Positions 1 to 10,018 are shown, numbered from the stretch's first letter. The stretch: DNA of 64,000 nucleotides from an uncultured delta proteobacterium (GCA_963848135.1 CAWKCK010000001.1:124001-188000), one strand, 5' to 3'. Translations and numbers: made by a program. Notes: generated from the letters alone by a model not told the origin.

Positions 1-405
1 CAAAAGCTTGCCGTCAAAGATGAGTTCCACATCCGCGATGGCGCCTTGTCGATTGATATAGAGATTGCCGGGGCGCTTCAATATAATGTCTGCTGAACTG
101 CTGAACTGAAGTTTCTGACCCTCCAGATCGATAATCTCTTTGTCAATGTCTGCTTTCGCACTAAATGAGGACAAATTACCCATAAAGACAGACATCGACC
201 GCAGGATCTTGCCGGCCTCCGGGTCCATGAGATCGGCGCCCATTGCCTGTCCGGATAAAAAGCCAATCAGCACAATTCCTGCGAGCAGGACACGCAAACT
301 GATGACCTGCCTGAATAATGTGCTACGCGCGAAGACAGGTACCTTTACTATTCCCTGCGGATTTATTCGAAATAACTGCCTGCTCTGCATTTTTCTTTGA
401 CTCAT
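1..405 (-). CDS. DUF2092-like periplasmic protein (5' part; runs off window edge)
   Basis: Hand translation from ATG at 405, open to base 1: hydrophobic signal-like segment then DPEAGKILRSMS...GQKLQFSSSADIILKRPGNL...ADVELIFDGK; GGGGG RBS upstream; not in the ORF track. Confidence 0.7.
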   Translation of the reverse strand, partial: MSQRKMQSRQLFRINPQGIVKVPVFARSTLFRQVISLRVLLAGIVLIGFLSGQAMGADLMDPEAGKILRSMSVFMGNLSSFSAKADIDKEIIDLEGQKLQFSSSADIILKRPGNLYINRQGAIADVELIFDGKLL

Positions 406-834
406 GAATAACCCCCTTTTCGATGATCTCATCCAAGATTTTTTTCTGACGTCAATGCATCGTTGGAACGTTTGAGTTCGGCTATCTCGCGTTTCAATTT
501 GGCAACCGTTGTATTCAACGATTCAATTTCAGTGTTCATAGGCATTGGTGACACCTTAAAGAGTTAATCAATTGAGAAATCGCCGGGATAGATTCAACCA
601 TACTGATTATAGTCGCCAATTTCAATAATGGGAATTTTTTTCACTGGTGGAACCGATGCATGGGCCATGCTGACCGAAATGTACTGGAATCAGTGCAAAA
701 TGAGGTCGTAGTGATGTGCTTGTCAATTTTGCGAAGGATGTGCTATCACCGGATTCGTAGACACTGACTTTCAATATAGTTCATCCCCAATCGCGGCTGA
801 ATATTGGCCACATTAAGGAGAGCAGTTTTAACTG

Positions 835-2658
835 ATGAAAAAAACGACCCTATATCTGTGGTTCATCCCTTTGGCTGTATTTTTTGCCGCGTTTCCAGCC
901 ATGGCAGACTGGATCAACCTTTCTGGGGCCCAGAGTGCTGCCAATATTACGGAGATTTATGTCGAAGACGACCATGTGCGGGTGGTCTTGGAGGTTTATG
1001 TTAACGACATCGACAAGTTTATCGATCTCTTGCCGGACGAATGGCTTCAGCAGTCGAAGGTGAAGCCGCCCCCGATCCAGGAGCGGATGCGGCGGTTTTC
1101 CACTGACGGATTTCAAGTCATCCTCGGCGATCAACAGCGGTTGATGGCCGAAATGAAGCTGGTGGAGCCGCGCCTGCGCACAGATCGCCCCAATCCCTTT
1201 GCCGGCTCTATCAATCCTTACACCCGGCAGCCGATTCCCGGCCCACCCGAAGACAAACGCGTTCTCTACGTCGAACTGGTGTATCCGTTCGAGACCAAGC
1301 CCCGGGAAATCACTTTTGTCCCGCCCCTTGAACCCGGCGGAAAATCCGCCGTTCCCATCGGTTTTATCGCCTACCATAAAGGTGTCCCCATTGTCGACTA
1401 CCGATACCTTTCAGAACCGGCCAAACTGCACCTTGACTGGCAGGATCCCTGGTACAGCCGGTTCGAAAAAAAGGCCTTCCAACGCTGGCAGCAATCCGGG
1501 GTCATGACCTTTCTGTACATCGAACCTTTCGAAGTGCGGCATGAAACCCTTGTGCGGGTCAAGGACGTTGCGGCCTGGATCGATCTGGGTCTGCGCGGTG
1601 AGGAATATATCGAAACAGACGAATTCGAACCGCTCAAAAAGAGAATCGGGGATTTTCTATTGCAGCACAGCAATGTGTTGATCGACGGGCAGTCACTGCG
1701 GCCAATTTTGGATCGTACCAGTTTCGTCAAATACACGATGACTCGGACATTTTTCATCGATCAACCTGAGCGGATGCCCCTTAATACTGCCATGGTCGGC
1801 GTGATTGTCACCTACCTGACAAAAGAAATTCCTCAAAAAGTGACGGTGAACTGGGATTTATTTTCAGATAAGGTCCAAAAAGTGCCGACAAATGCCGTTG
1901 ACCCGGCCGGGCCGTTTCCCTCCTATGTCACCCCCGAAGACAACCTGTTCGTTTGGAACAATTTCCTGAAGACCTATCAGATGCCTACAGTGGCCGCGGT
2001 GACGGTCGACGATACATTAACCCGCATAAAACTGCCCCTGGCGAGCTTACTCTGCTTGGTATTTCTCATACCCGTTGGGTTGCAAATCAGGAGGCAGCGT
2101 AAAAAATCCGGGAAAATCGGCTTTGCTGTGGGCTTGCTTGTCATATTGATTGCCGGAAGCATTCTGCTCTATCCCTTTTTGAAAATCTCCATCGCCCGCC
2201 CAACCGTCTTGGCACCGGAGATCAGCGACAAGAAAGCGGTTGCAGTTTTGGAGAGCCTGTTGCAAAACATCTACCGGTCCTTTGATTTCCGCGAGGAAGA
2301 AGACGTATATGACCGTTTGGCCACCAGTGTCAGCGGGGATTTGCTGACCGATATCTACCTGCAAAACAGAAAGTCCTTGGTGGTGACCCAGGCCGGCGGT
2401 GCCCAGGCGAGGGTCAAGGAGGTCAAGATCCAGGATGTTGAAGTCAAACCGTTAAAAGACCGTCCCTTAGGCCTGCTGTTTCACGCCAAGTGGACCGCCC
2501 TTGGAACCGTTGGCCATTGGGGGCACATTCACACCCGCGAGAACCAGTATGATGCAAACATCACCGCAGAGCCGGTGGACGGCGTGTGGAAGATCACGGG
2601 ATTGGAACTGCTGGAGGAAAAGCGCATCGATCCGTATGCCCAGCCGAAAACCTGGTAA
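835..2658 (+). CDS. Uncharacterised exported/membrane protein (signal peptide, two TM helices), first gene of ABC operon
   Basis: 607 aa ORF, AGGAG RBS, signal peptide ending AMA, two hydrophobic helices near residues 400-445. Confidence 0.85.
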   Translation: MKKTTLYLWFIPLAVFFAAFPAMADWINLSGAQSAANITEIYVEDDHVRVVLEVYVNDIDKFIDLLPDEWLQQSKVKPPPIQERMRRFSTDGFQVILGDQQRLMAEMKLVEPRLRTDRPNPFAGSINPYTRQPIPGPPEDKRVLYVELVYPFETKPREITFVPPLEPGGKSAVPIGFIAYHKGVPIVDYRYLSEPAKLHLDWQDPWYSRFEKKAFQRWQQSGVMTFLYIEPFEVRHETLVRVKDVAAWIDLGLRGEEYIETDEFEPLKKRIGDFLLQHSNVLIDGQSLRPILDRTSFVKYTMTRTFFIDQPERMPLNTAMVGVIVTYLTKEIPQKVTVNWDLFSDKVQKVPTNAVDPAGPFPSYVTPEDNLFVWNNFLKTYQMPTVAAVTVDDTLTRIKLPLASLLCLVFLIPVGLQIRRQRKKSGKIGFAVGLLVILIAGSILLYPFLKISIARPTVLAPEISDKKAVAVLESLLQNIYRSFDFREEEDVYDRLATSVSGDLLTDIYLQNRKSLVVTQAGGAQARVKEVKIQDVEVKPLKDRPLGLLFHAKWTALGTVGHWGHIHTRENQYDANITAEPVDGVWKITGLELLEEKRIDPYAQPKTW

Positions 2659-2762
2659 GAATTCACAGGGCACCGCATCTGTTTTGTTGTCGGACACTTG
2701 AAGTACAAAAAAAAGTACGTCTGCGCGTCCGACGCCTTGCATCTGCGTTACCCTGTAAATTC
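2659..2762. mobile_element. Short MITE-like element
   Basis: Terminal inverted repeat GAATTCACAGGG...CCCTGTAAATTC; internal CCGCATCTG and CCTTGCATCTGCG resemble the core of the ~220 bp repeat family. Confidence 0.5.
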
Positions 2763-2843
2763 ATACGAATAGGTGGCTTGATGCGCATTGGAATTTGCAA
2801 TCCTGTGAATGGCCACTAAATCTGAAAAGTAGGTTAGATTCCT

Positions 2844-3542
2844 ATGATTCACATCCAGGAATTGAGTTTTTACTACCCAACCGGTGAATTTAAGCTGGAA
2901 ATCCCCTTGTTTGACATCGCCAAAGGGGAGAAAATTGCTGTCATCGGCCCCAGCGGATCGGGGAAGACTACCCTGCTCAACTTGATCGCCGGTATCATCA
3001 CCCCGATAAGCGGGGCCATCAAGGTCGGCGATTTCAAGGTCGATGAACTGAATGATGCCGGACGGCGGGATTTCCGCATTACTTCCATCGGGTTCGTGTT
3101 CCAGGACTTCGAACTGCTCGACTACCTCACCGTCTTCGACAACATCATACATCCTTACCGGATTACTGGCGCCCTGGCTCTATATACGGGGGTGAAAAGG
3201 CGCGCTGCGGCCTTGGCTGAAGAAATGGGCATCGGGGACAAGCTGAAACGCATGGCCAACGATCTTTCCCAAGGGGAAAAGCAAAGAGCGGCCATCTGCC
3301 GGGCGCTCCTCCCCCACCCGAAAGTCATCCTGGCGGATGAAGCCACCGGCAATCTCGATCCGGAAAACAAAGAACGCATCCTGGATCTGCTGTTCCAGGC
3401 CGTGGAAGAACACGATGCCACACTGCTGGCTGTGACCCATGATTATGAGTTGTTGAAGCGATTTGACAGGATTGTCGATTTCCAAGATTTTCGGGGAAAA
3501 AACATTCACCACAGACAAACGCAGACGGACACAGACTTTTAA
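2844..3542 (+). CDS. ABC transporter ATP-binding protein (LolD/MacB-like)
   Basis: Walker A GPSGSGKT, LSQGEKQR signature, ILADEATGNLD, VTHD. Confidence 0.95.
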   Translation: MIHIQELSFYYPTGEFKLEIPLFDIAKGEKIAVIGPSGSGKTTLLNLIAGIITPISGAIKVGDFKVDELNDAGRRDFRITSIGFVFQDFELLDYLTVFDNIIHPYRITGALALYTGVKRRAAALAEEMGIGDKLKRMANDLSQGEKQRAAICRALLPHPKVILADEATGNLDPENKERILDLLFQAVEEHDATLLAVTHDYELLKRFDRIVDFQDFRGKNIHHRQTQTDTDF

Positions 3543-4037
3543 GCTGAGCAACTTGCTCAACTTTAAGCAGTCATCGCCTCGCGAATAAGAGCCAATTATT
3601 TATGAAGGTAAACGAAATTACATATGAAATAAGAGGTGCGATTTTCGAAGTCAATAAGGTTTTAGGCTCGGGGTTTCTCGAGAAAATTTATGAAAATGCG
3701 TTGATTATTGAACTTAAACTCCGCGGTTTAAACGTCCAAAGTCAAGTGCCTCTTAAGGTACAATATAAAGATAACTCAGTGGGAGACTATTTTGCAGATA
3801 TCGTTGTGGAGGGCCAAGTAATCGTTGAGTTAAAGGTCGCTGAAAGGATTGAAAAGGTTCATGAAGCCCAGCTAATCAATTACTTACGGGCAACCGGTAT
3901 ACGAGTTGGTCTTATAGTGAACATGAAACACCCGAAAGCTGAGATAAAAAGAATGGTGTTGGATTTGCCCAAAGGGCAAGGTGAGTAATATCCGGCCATG
4001 TCGGCCGGATATTGTCTGCGGTCGTCTGTGGCTAAAT
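3504..4037. mobile_element. Putative insertion cassette carrying the GxxExxY gene, with inverted CRCAGAC arrays and hairpins at both ends
   Basis: CRCAGAC at 3510/3520/3530; GTCTGYG at 4014/4024; hairpins at 3545-3559 and 3987-4013; interrupts the ABC ATPase-permease pair. Confidence 0.65.
3602..3988 (+). CDS. GxxExxY protein (PD-(D/E)XK-like fold)
   Basis: 128 aa; GFLEKIY motif, ADIVVEGQVIVELK, AQLINYL. Confidence 0.92.
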   Translation: MKVNEITYEIRGAIFEVNKVLGSGFLEKIYENALIIELKLRGLNVQSQVPLKVQYKDNSVGDYFADIVVEGQVIVELKVAERIEKVHEAQLINYLRATGIRVGLIVNMKHPKAEIKRMVLDLPKGQGE

Positions 4038-4051
4038 GAGAATACGTTGAT

Positions 4052-5233
4052 ATGTTTGACAGCTTATACATTGCCTGGAAGTACATCCGGTTCAACAAAA
4101 TCAAAACCGCCGTTTTGGTGGCGTGTATCACATTGATTTCTTTTCTGCCGCTGGCTTTGCAGTTGCTGCTGGGTGAAAGTGAACGCCAGTTGATGTCCCG
4201 GGCAGCGACGACGCCGCTTGTCATCGGTGCCAAGGGCAGTTCCCTGGACCTGGTGATGAGCACCCTCTACTTCGGCGACGAGGTGCCCGAACTGATCGCC
4301 ATGGACGCATCGGAGCGGGTGGCAGATGCCGACCTGGCGCTCCCCATACCAGTGTACGTGCGATTTAAGGCCCGTGGGAACCCCATTGTCGGGACCACCC
4401 TGGACTACTTCGACTTCCGCGGTCTGCAGATTTCCGACGGCAGGCAAATGGCGGTATTGGGTGAATGCGTTCTGGGGGCAAAAGTAGCCGAAAATCTGGG
4501 GCTGAAACCGGGCGACAGTCTGGTCTCCTCACCCGAAAGCCTTTTCGATCTGGCCGGGATTTACCCCCTGAAGATGAAGGTCGTCGGTTTGCTCAGAAAA
4601 TCCCATACCTCAGACGATCTGGCAGTGTTCATCGATCTGAAGACCGCCTGGGTGATCCAGGGCCTGGGCCACGGTCACCAGGATGTCACCATACTGAAAG
4701 ATCCGACTCTCATTTACAAACGCACAGAATCCAACGTGGCCGCCACGGCAAAATTGTATCATTTCACGGAAATCACGGAAAAGAACATCGAATCGTTCCA
4801 CTTTCACGGCAACCTGGAAGCCTATCCCATCACGGCTGTCATTGCAGTACCTTTCGACGAGAAATCCGGCACGATTCTGAGGGGGCGCTATCTCTCCAAA
4901 GAGGAACCTCAACAGATTGCCCGACCGGAGGAAGTCATCGATGGACTCCTGCAGAATATCTTCCGTATCAAGAACGTTTTGGATGCCGTGATATCGGTGG
5001 TCGCTCTGGCCACCATTCTGGCTGTTGTGCTGGTGTTCGCCCTGTCGCTGCGGTTGCGGCAGAAAGAAATCCAGACCATCTTCAAACTCGGGTGCAGCCG
5101 CACGACCATCGTACGATTGGTGGCGGCTGAAATTATTCTAATTGTTCTGGTAAGCGGTCTATTCTGCAGTACATTGGTCTTACTGGTCGGCCAGTACGCC
5201 AATGATTTGGTGAGGATGCTGTTCATCAGATAA
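4052..5233 (+). CDS. ABC transporter permease (FtsX/MacB family)
   Basis: One N-terminal TM, large periplasmic domain, C-terminal TMs, RQKEIQTIFKLG motif. Confidence 0.9.
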   Translation: MFDSLYIAWKYIRFNKIKTAVLVACITLISFLPLALQLLLGESERQLMSRAATTPLVIGAKGSSLDLVMSTLYFGDEVPELIAMDASERVADADLALPIPVYVRFKARGNPIVGTTLDYFDFRGLQISDGRQMAVLGECVLGAKVAENLGLKPGDSLVSSPESLFDLAGIYPLKMKVVGLLRKSHTSDDLAVFIDLKTAWVIQGLGHGHQDVTILKDPTLIYKRTESNVAATAKLYHFTEITEKNIESFHFHGNLEAYPITAVIAVPFDEKSGTILRGRYLSKEEPQQIARPEEVIDGLLQNIFRIKNVLDAVISVVALATILAVVLVFALSLRLRQKEIQTIFKLGCSRTTIVRLVAAEIILIVLVSGLFCSTLVLLVGQYANDLVRMLFIR

Positions 5234-5261
5234 ATCGATATTAATCCAAGGTAGGTTTTTT

Positions 5262-6182
5262 ATGCGAATCACATGGGGGAGTCGTTCGAGATTATTTATT
5301 TTTTTCTTCACGACCTGTTCGTTCATAATCGCATTCTCTAACACTCGCTCAGCCGCTGAGCCGCTGAGTATTTATGTTGTCAATTATCCGCTGAAATATT
5401 TTGCCGAACGGATTGGCGGTGAGTTAGTCGAAGTAACATTTCCCGCTCCGCCGGACGTTGACCCCGCCTACTGGATACCTGATATCGTTACGATTACGAA
5501 GTACCAGAAGGCGGATCTGATTGTGCTCAACGGTGCAGACTATGCCAAATGGATAAAAAAAGTATCTCTGCCTCGCTCAAAAATCGTAGACACATCGAAG
5601 GATTTCAAGGGTCGCTACATCACAACCAGAGGCGCTGTCACTCACAGCCACGGTCCGGAAGGCAAACATGCCCATGAAGATATCGCCTTCACCACCTGGC
5701 TCGATTTCCAACTGGCGACCCTGCAGGCCCAGGCTGTTGCAGACGCCCTCGGCCGGAAATTGCCGCAGCACCGTAAATTTTTCGAACGAAACTTCACTGC
5801 CCTTAAAAGCGATCTTGTATCGCTGGACGCCGACATACGGGATATTGTTTCTAAGGATCCATCACGGCCGTTTATTGCGTCCCATCCGGTTTACGATTAT
5901 CTGGCTCGCGCCTACGGCTTGAACATGAAAAGCGTGCACTGGGAACCGGGCGAAATTCCGAATGTTGAGCAATGGTTGGATCTGCAACGGATACTGAAAG
6001 AACACCCGGCCACATGGATGATCTGGGAAGGGGCGCCGCTTGCAGGCTCTGTTGAAAGATTGAAAACGGCAGGAATCGACAGCCTTGTCTTCGATCCATG
6101 TGGGAACCAGCCGCAAGAGAGTGATTATCTCGGCGTCATGCAGCAGAACGTTGTGAACCTGAGGCAGGCCTACGCGAAATGA
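5262..6182 (+). CDS. Metal ABC transporter substrate-binding protein (ZnuA/TroA family)
   Basis: Signal peptide, ADLIVLNGA, His-rich THSHGPEGKHAH loop, HPVYDYLARAYGL. Confidence 0.88.
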   Translation: MRITWGSRSRLFIFFFTTCSFIIAFSNTRSAAEPLSIYVVNYPLKYFAERIGGELVEVTFPAPPDVDPAYWIPDIVTITKYQKADLIVLNGADYAKWIKKVSLPRSKIVDTSKDFKGRYITTRGAVTHSHGPEGKHAHEDIAFTTWLDFQLATLQAQAVADALGRKLPQHRKFFERNFTALKSDLVSLDADIRDIVSKDPSRPFIASHPVYDYLARAYGLNMKSVHWEPGEIPNVEQWLDLQRILKEHPATWMIWEGAPLAGSVERLKTAGIDSLVFDPCGNQPQESDYLGVMQQNVVNLRQAYAK

Positions 6183-6602
6183 GCCATCCCTGTCTGTGCC
6201 GGCCGAATAGTGCAAAAACAAGAGGCAAAGGCCTCTTAAGCCTTAAAGGCCGGAAAAGATTGTCATCAAACAGGCCGGGTTCCGCTATCGGTGGGAACTG
6301 CCTTGAACCGCCAATAACATAAAAAAAGCCTGACGATTGGTTTTGAAAAGCAGGGCGTGTCAAAATCATTCCTACCCAACGCGACATATCCACATTCTAC
6401 CCTACGATTCCCGATTTTTAACCTTACCAGACTTCCCCGTAAATTTTGGCGTGAAATGCAAAGAGCGTGGCGTTTAATGCCAAGCAAATCCGGGGTGCTG
6501 TTTTATATTAAGACGACCTAAATTTGTCGCTTGTTAATATCATCCGCATCTGACGCGGCATATGCAATACCTTTCTTATCGGGAACCCAATAGGAGTTTC
6601 AT

Positions 6603-6746
6603 ATGTCCTATCCTTTCTACACGAATAAATCCGAAATTAACGATTATGAAGATGACATGCGATTAATTGAAGGTATATTAAACGCGCTTATTTTTTGCAT
6701 TCCGTTCTGGATATTACTTCTGATAATTGTTGTAAAATTCATCTAA
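6603..6746 (+). CDS. Small single-TM protein (47 aa)
   Basis: AGGAG RBS; MSYPFYTNKSEINDYEDDMRLIEGILNALIFCIPFWILLLIIVVKFI; below ORF track cut-off. Confidence 0.55.
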   Translation: MSYPFYTNKSEINDYEDDMRLIEGILNALIFCIPFWILLLIIVVKFI

Positions 6747-7464
6747 AATCAGAAGATTCAGAAACCGCAATTAGAGCCGCAGCAGCGTCCTCGGACCGCT
6801 TTGCCAAGTCAGATCCTCGTCCACACAGATACACTCTCCCTTTCATTTGATATTATCCGGTTTGTGCTTTAGCGCCTGGCCATTCTTGAAATCCTATGCT
6901 TATATGACTGCCGAACAGATAACCTGATAAATACGGTAGGCGACTTCGTACGATTGACCCGGTATCAGGCCTCTGGTATGGGTAGGGTGACCGGAAATAA
7001 TCATTTATTAAACCCCAGCGTTTCCGGGGAGACGTCCTAACCCGGAAATTTCATCAATTGGAGGTTTTTATGGACAAGGCATTTCGAGGTGATGTTGCAG
7101 TCAGTCTACCGCGATCCTTGAATAACGCCGGCCATGGAAGCCTCCGGTTGACCCGAAGCGACTGTGAAAACCTTTCAGCTCTTTCATTGGATCTTGGGGA
7201 GGGACAAAGTGTGCCTTGATTAAACGGATCATGAGTTTGATCAATGCCCCGATATTGAATCTTTTGGGCCACCCGGTGAAAAGATTTCATGAAATATTCG
7301 GGCTAAGTTTGACAGTACCAGGCGTTAACAAATACTTGAGACGATGATTATTATCATTCAATGACCACAGCTGGTTGCCCGAAAAAATGTTGTTAAAAGA
7401 AGACTTTGCGTGTTTAACAAGCCATTCCTCCGATTTTACCGGAGGGCATTGAGGAGGTATACAA

Positions 7465-7641
7465 ATGGCACAGAAACCTGATCCCTCAGATATCGTCGCG
7501 TTCAGAGATCTCCTGGTATCCACCTCGATCCATTTGGATACCATTACACAGCTGATGATAGATAAAGGCATTTTTTCGTCAGATGAGTATTACACCAAGT
7601 TGAAACAGATCCAAACTGATTACATGAGCAGACAGCAATGA
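7465..7641 (+). CDS. Small hypothetical protein (58 aa), translationally coupled to the SLOG gene
   Basis: GAGGAGG RBS; MAQKPDPSDIVAFRDLLVSTSIHLDTITQLMIDKGIFSSDEYYTKLKQIQTDYMSRQQ; ATGA overlap with 7638. Confidence 0.75.
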   Translation: MAQKPDPSDIVAFRDLLVSTSIHLDTITQLMIDKGIFSSDEYYTKLKQIQTDYMSRQQ

Positions 7642-8429
7642 TCAAAAGAATCATATCTGGTGGGCAAACAGGTGCCGACCGGGCGGCACTCGATTTTGCC
7701 ATTGATAAAGATATCCTTCATGGTGGTTGGGTACCCATCGGACGGTTGGCTGAAGATGGCCCGATACCAGATAAATACCATCTTACGGAAATGTTTACTA
7801 AGGGCTATCCGAAGCGGACTGAGAAGAACGTGATAGATTCCGATGGCACTCTCATCATATCTCACGGCATATTGACCGGTGGATCAAAGTACACAATGGA
7901 GATGGCCGTATTGCACGGCAAACCCAATCTTCACATCGACCTGGACCGGAACCCCGCCTTCCAGGCCGCGCAACAGATTAACGCGTGGATAAATGATCGC
8001 CAAATCGAAACTTTGAATGTGGCTGGTCCAAGGGCCAGTAAAGACCCTAAAATTTACAAGGCGGTATTCGACCTGCTCGATACGGTATACTATTTAATTA
8101 TCGCCGAGGACGATGTCGTTGCCTTGCGAGGCGAAGGCATGCCCCAAACAGTCGATGAGGCCGTAAAGCGATTGATTGCCAATATGCCATTAAAGGCCAA
8201 GGCGGCACTGGCAAAGCGAGATGAAAGTGAGTTGAGCTATCTGCATTTCACGTTTGGCGCATTCATCCGAAACCAGTTCGGACTCTGGTCAGGAAATGAA
8301 GACCTGCTGAACGATTGCCGACGAATATCCGGTATCACATTCATGAATCCCGATGATGCGACGGCTTTCATTGTAAAAGGGTTGTGGAATACACTTCGAA
8401 AGACATACAAAATAAGGGTTGTGAAATAA
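7638..8429 (+). CDS. cpYpsA/'putative molybdenum carrier' SLOG protein with DUF6794-like C-terminal domain
   Basis: IISGGQTGADRAALD, RTEKNVIDSDGTL, LNVAGPRAS; C-terminal HFTFGAFIRNQFGLW. Confidence 0.85.
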   Translation: MIKRIISGGQTGADRAALDFAIDKDILHGGWVPIGRLAEDGPIPDKYHLTEMFTKGYPKRTEKNVIDSDGTLIISHGILTGGSKYTMEMAVLHGKPNLHIDLDRNPAFQAAQQINAWINDRQIETLNVAGPRASKDPKIYKAVFDLLDTVYYLIIAEDDVVALRGEGMPQTVDEAVKRLIANMPLKAKAALAKRDESELSYLHFTFGAFIRNQFGLWSGNEDLLNDCRRISGITFMNPDDATAFIVKGLWNTLRKTYKIRVVK

Positions 8430-9959
8430 TTATTCCAGAAATATCTTTTTTACTTCCTCTTTGAGCATCTTGCCCATTGTGTTGCGTGGGATTTTGTTCA
8501 AGAAAATAATTTCCTTGGGGCATTTCCAATCGTGTAGATGCACCTTGCAATAGGCCTTGATATCGGCTTCGGTCATCTCGACTTCCGGTTTGAGCGTCAC
8601 GGCTGCTACCACCCTTTCGCCCCATTTTTCATCTAGTTTACCAACCACTACGGATTCATTGACTCCATCGAGCTGGTTGATAACCGTCTCTACTTCTTTG
8701 GCCGAAACGTTTTCGCCGCCGGAGATAATGATGTGTTTAATTCGATCGGTTAGGTAATAGTACCCTGTGGCATCTATTTTACCTAAATCCCCGGTACGAA
8801 ACCATCCGTCTTTGAAGGTGTCGGCTGTCTCCTGGGGTTTGCGCCAATAGCCTGGGGAGATGGCATCGCTTTTCAACCAGAGCTCACCGACTTCGCCTGG
8901 AGCGACATCGACAAACGATTCAGGATCGACAATCCTGACTTGCAGCCCGGGAAGGGGTAATCCGATGGATCCAGGGATGCGCTTACCGGTTAGTGGGTTG
9001 GAAAAATTCATACCGGTTTCGGACATCCCTTCGCGTTCGACGGGTTCCCGTCCAAAAATCTTGTTAATGCGCTCGAATTCCTTAACCAGCAGCGGCGCCG
9101 AGCCTGAGGTGAACAGCCGCATGTGGCTGAAATCCAGCTGTCGGTCGCCAATGAAATCCATCAGCTTCGTGTACATGGCCGGTACAGCCATGAACACCGA
9201 GCTGACAGCATTACCGGTGTTGCGGGACAGTTCAGACACCACGATTTCCGGTTTGAACTGATCGAGCAAGCGGACATGGGCGCCGCTGAGTAAGGCCGTG
9301 TGTAATGCAAAGCACAAACCGTGCACATGGAACAGGGGCAGCGCATGACACAGCACATCAGCGGCCGTGATTTCCCAGATGCGAATGACATTGCGGGCAT
9401 CGTAGACCAGATTTCTGTGGGTCAGGACTGCGCCTTTAGGGTTGCCGGTGGTTCCGGAGGTGTAAATAACCAGGCCCGGATCGTCCGGACCGATGTCGAT
9501 AGCCGGCAAGATTTCAGCTGCCGACCGGAAAAATTCCATGTCCTGATAGGGCTGCGCGGTGGATATCTCCAGCAACTGCGCGTTGGGGTCGATGTCTTGG
9601 ACCAAGGCCCTTTTTTCCGGCTCGACGATGATCAATTTGGCTTCAGCGTCCCCGAGCAGGTATGCCATCTCATTTTTCTTGAAACCGGGATTCAGCGGCA
9701 CGGCCATCGCGCCGATGGATTGGATGGCAAAATGGGCAACAATGGCAATTATAGATTTTGGGATAAAGAGAATGACCCGGTCACCTTTTGCCACACCGCG
9801 ATCCAGAAGCGTTGTGGCGAACTGCTTCACGTCGCGTAGCAACTGGGCAAAGGTCATTTCGGTTTCAGCCTCGCCATTGCGCAGAAACGTCAGAGCGGTC
9901 TTGGAGCCATGTTCGGAGACCACAGTTTCGAGCCAATGGTTTATGGATTCTGCTTTCAT
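8430..9959 (-). CDS. matB: Acyl-CoA synthetase, malonyl-CoA synthetase (MatB)-like
   Basis: YTSGTTGNPKG, HALPLFHVHGL, WFRTGDLG, IISGGENV; context of TRAP + GntR; start chosen at GGAG-preceded ATG 9959. Confidence 0.75.
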   Translation of the reverse strand: MKAESINHWLETVVSEHGSKTALTFLRNGEAETEMTFAQLLRDVKQFATTLLDRGVAKGDRVILFIPKSIIAIVAHFAIQSIGAMAVPLNPGFKKNEMAYLLGDAEAKLIIVEPEKRALVQDIDPNAQLLEISTAQPYQDMEFFRSAAEILPAIDIGPDDPGLVIYTSGTTGNPKGAVLTHRNLVYDARNVIRIWEITAADVLCHALPLFHVHGLCFALHTALLSGAHVRLLDQFKPEIVVSELSRNTGNAVSSVFMAVPAMYTKLMDFIGDRQLDFSHMRLFTSGSAPLLVKEFERINKIFGREPVEREGMSETGMNFSNPLTGKRIPGSIGLPLPGLQVRIVDPESFVDVAPGEVGELWLKSDAISPGYWRKPQETADTFKDGWFRTGDLGKIDATGYYYLTDRIKHIIISGGENVSAKEVETVINQLDGVNESVVVGKLDEKWGERVVAAVTLKPEVEMTEADIKAYCKVHLHDWKCPKEIIFLNKIPRNTMGKMLKEEVKKIFLE

Positions 9960-10018
9960 GCTATGCTCCATCTGCAATAGGGCCTGTGATCCGCACACGA
10001 ATCACGAACTCATCCGGG

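Noticed and set aside
429..539. 36-aa minus-strand ORF MNTEIESLNTTVAKLKREIAELKRSN...
   Set aside because: Resembles a coiled-coil sensor leader relic, but it is too short and lacks a clear RBS.
7070..7219. 49-aa ORF after GGAGG and an upstream GC hairpin
   Set aside because: No recognisable protein features; the hairpin matches no riboswitch consensus I can confirm.
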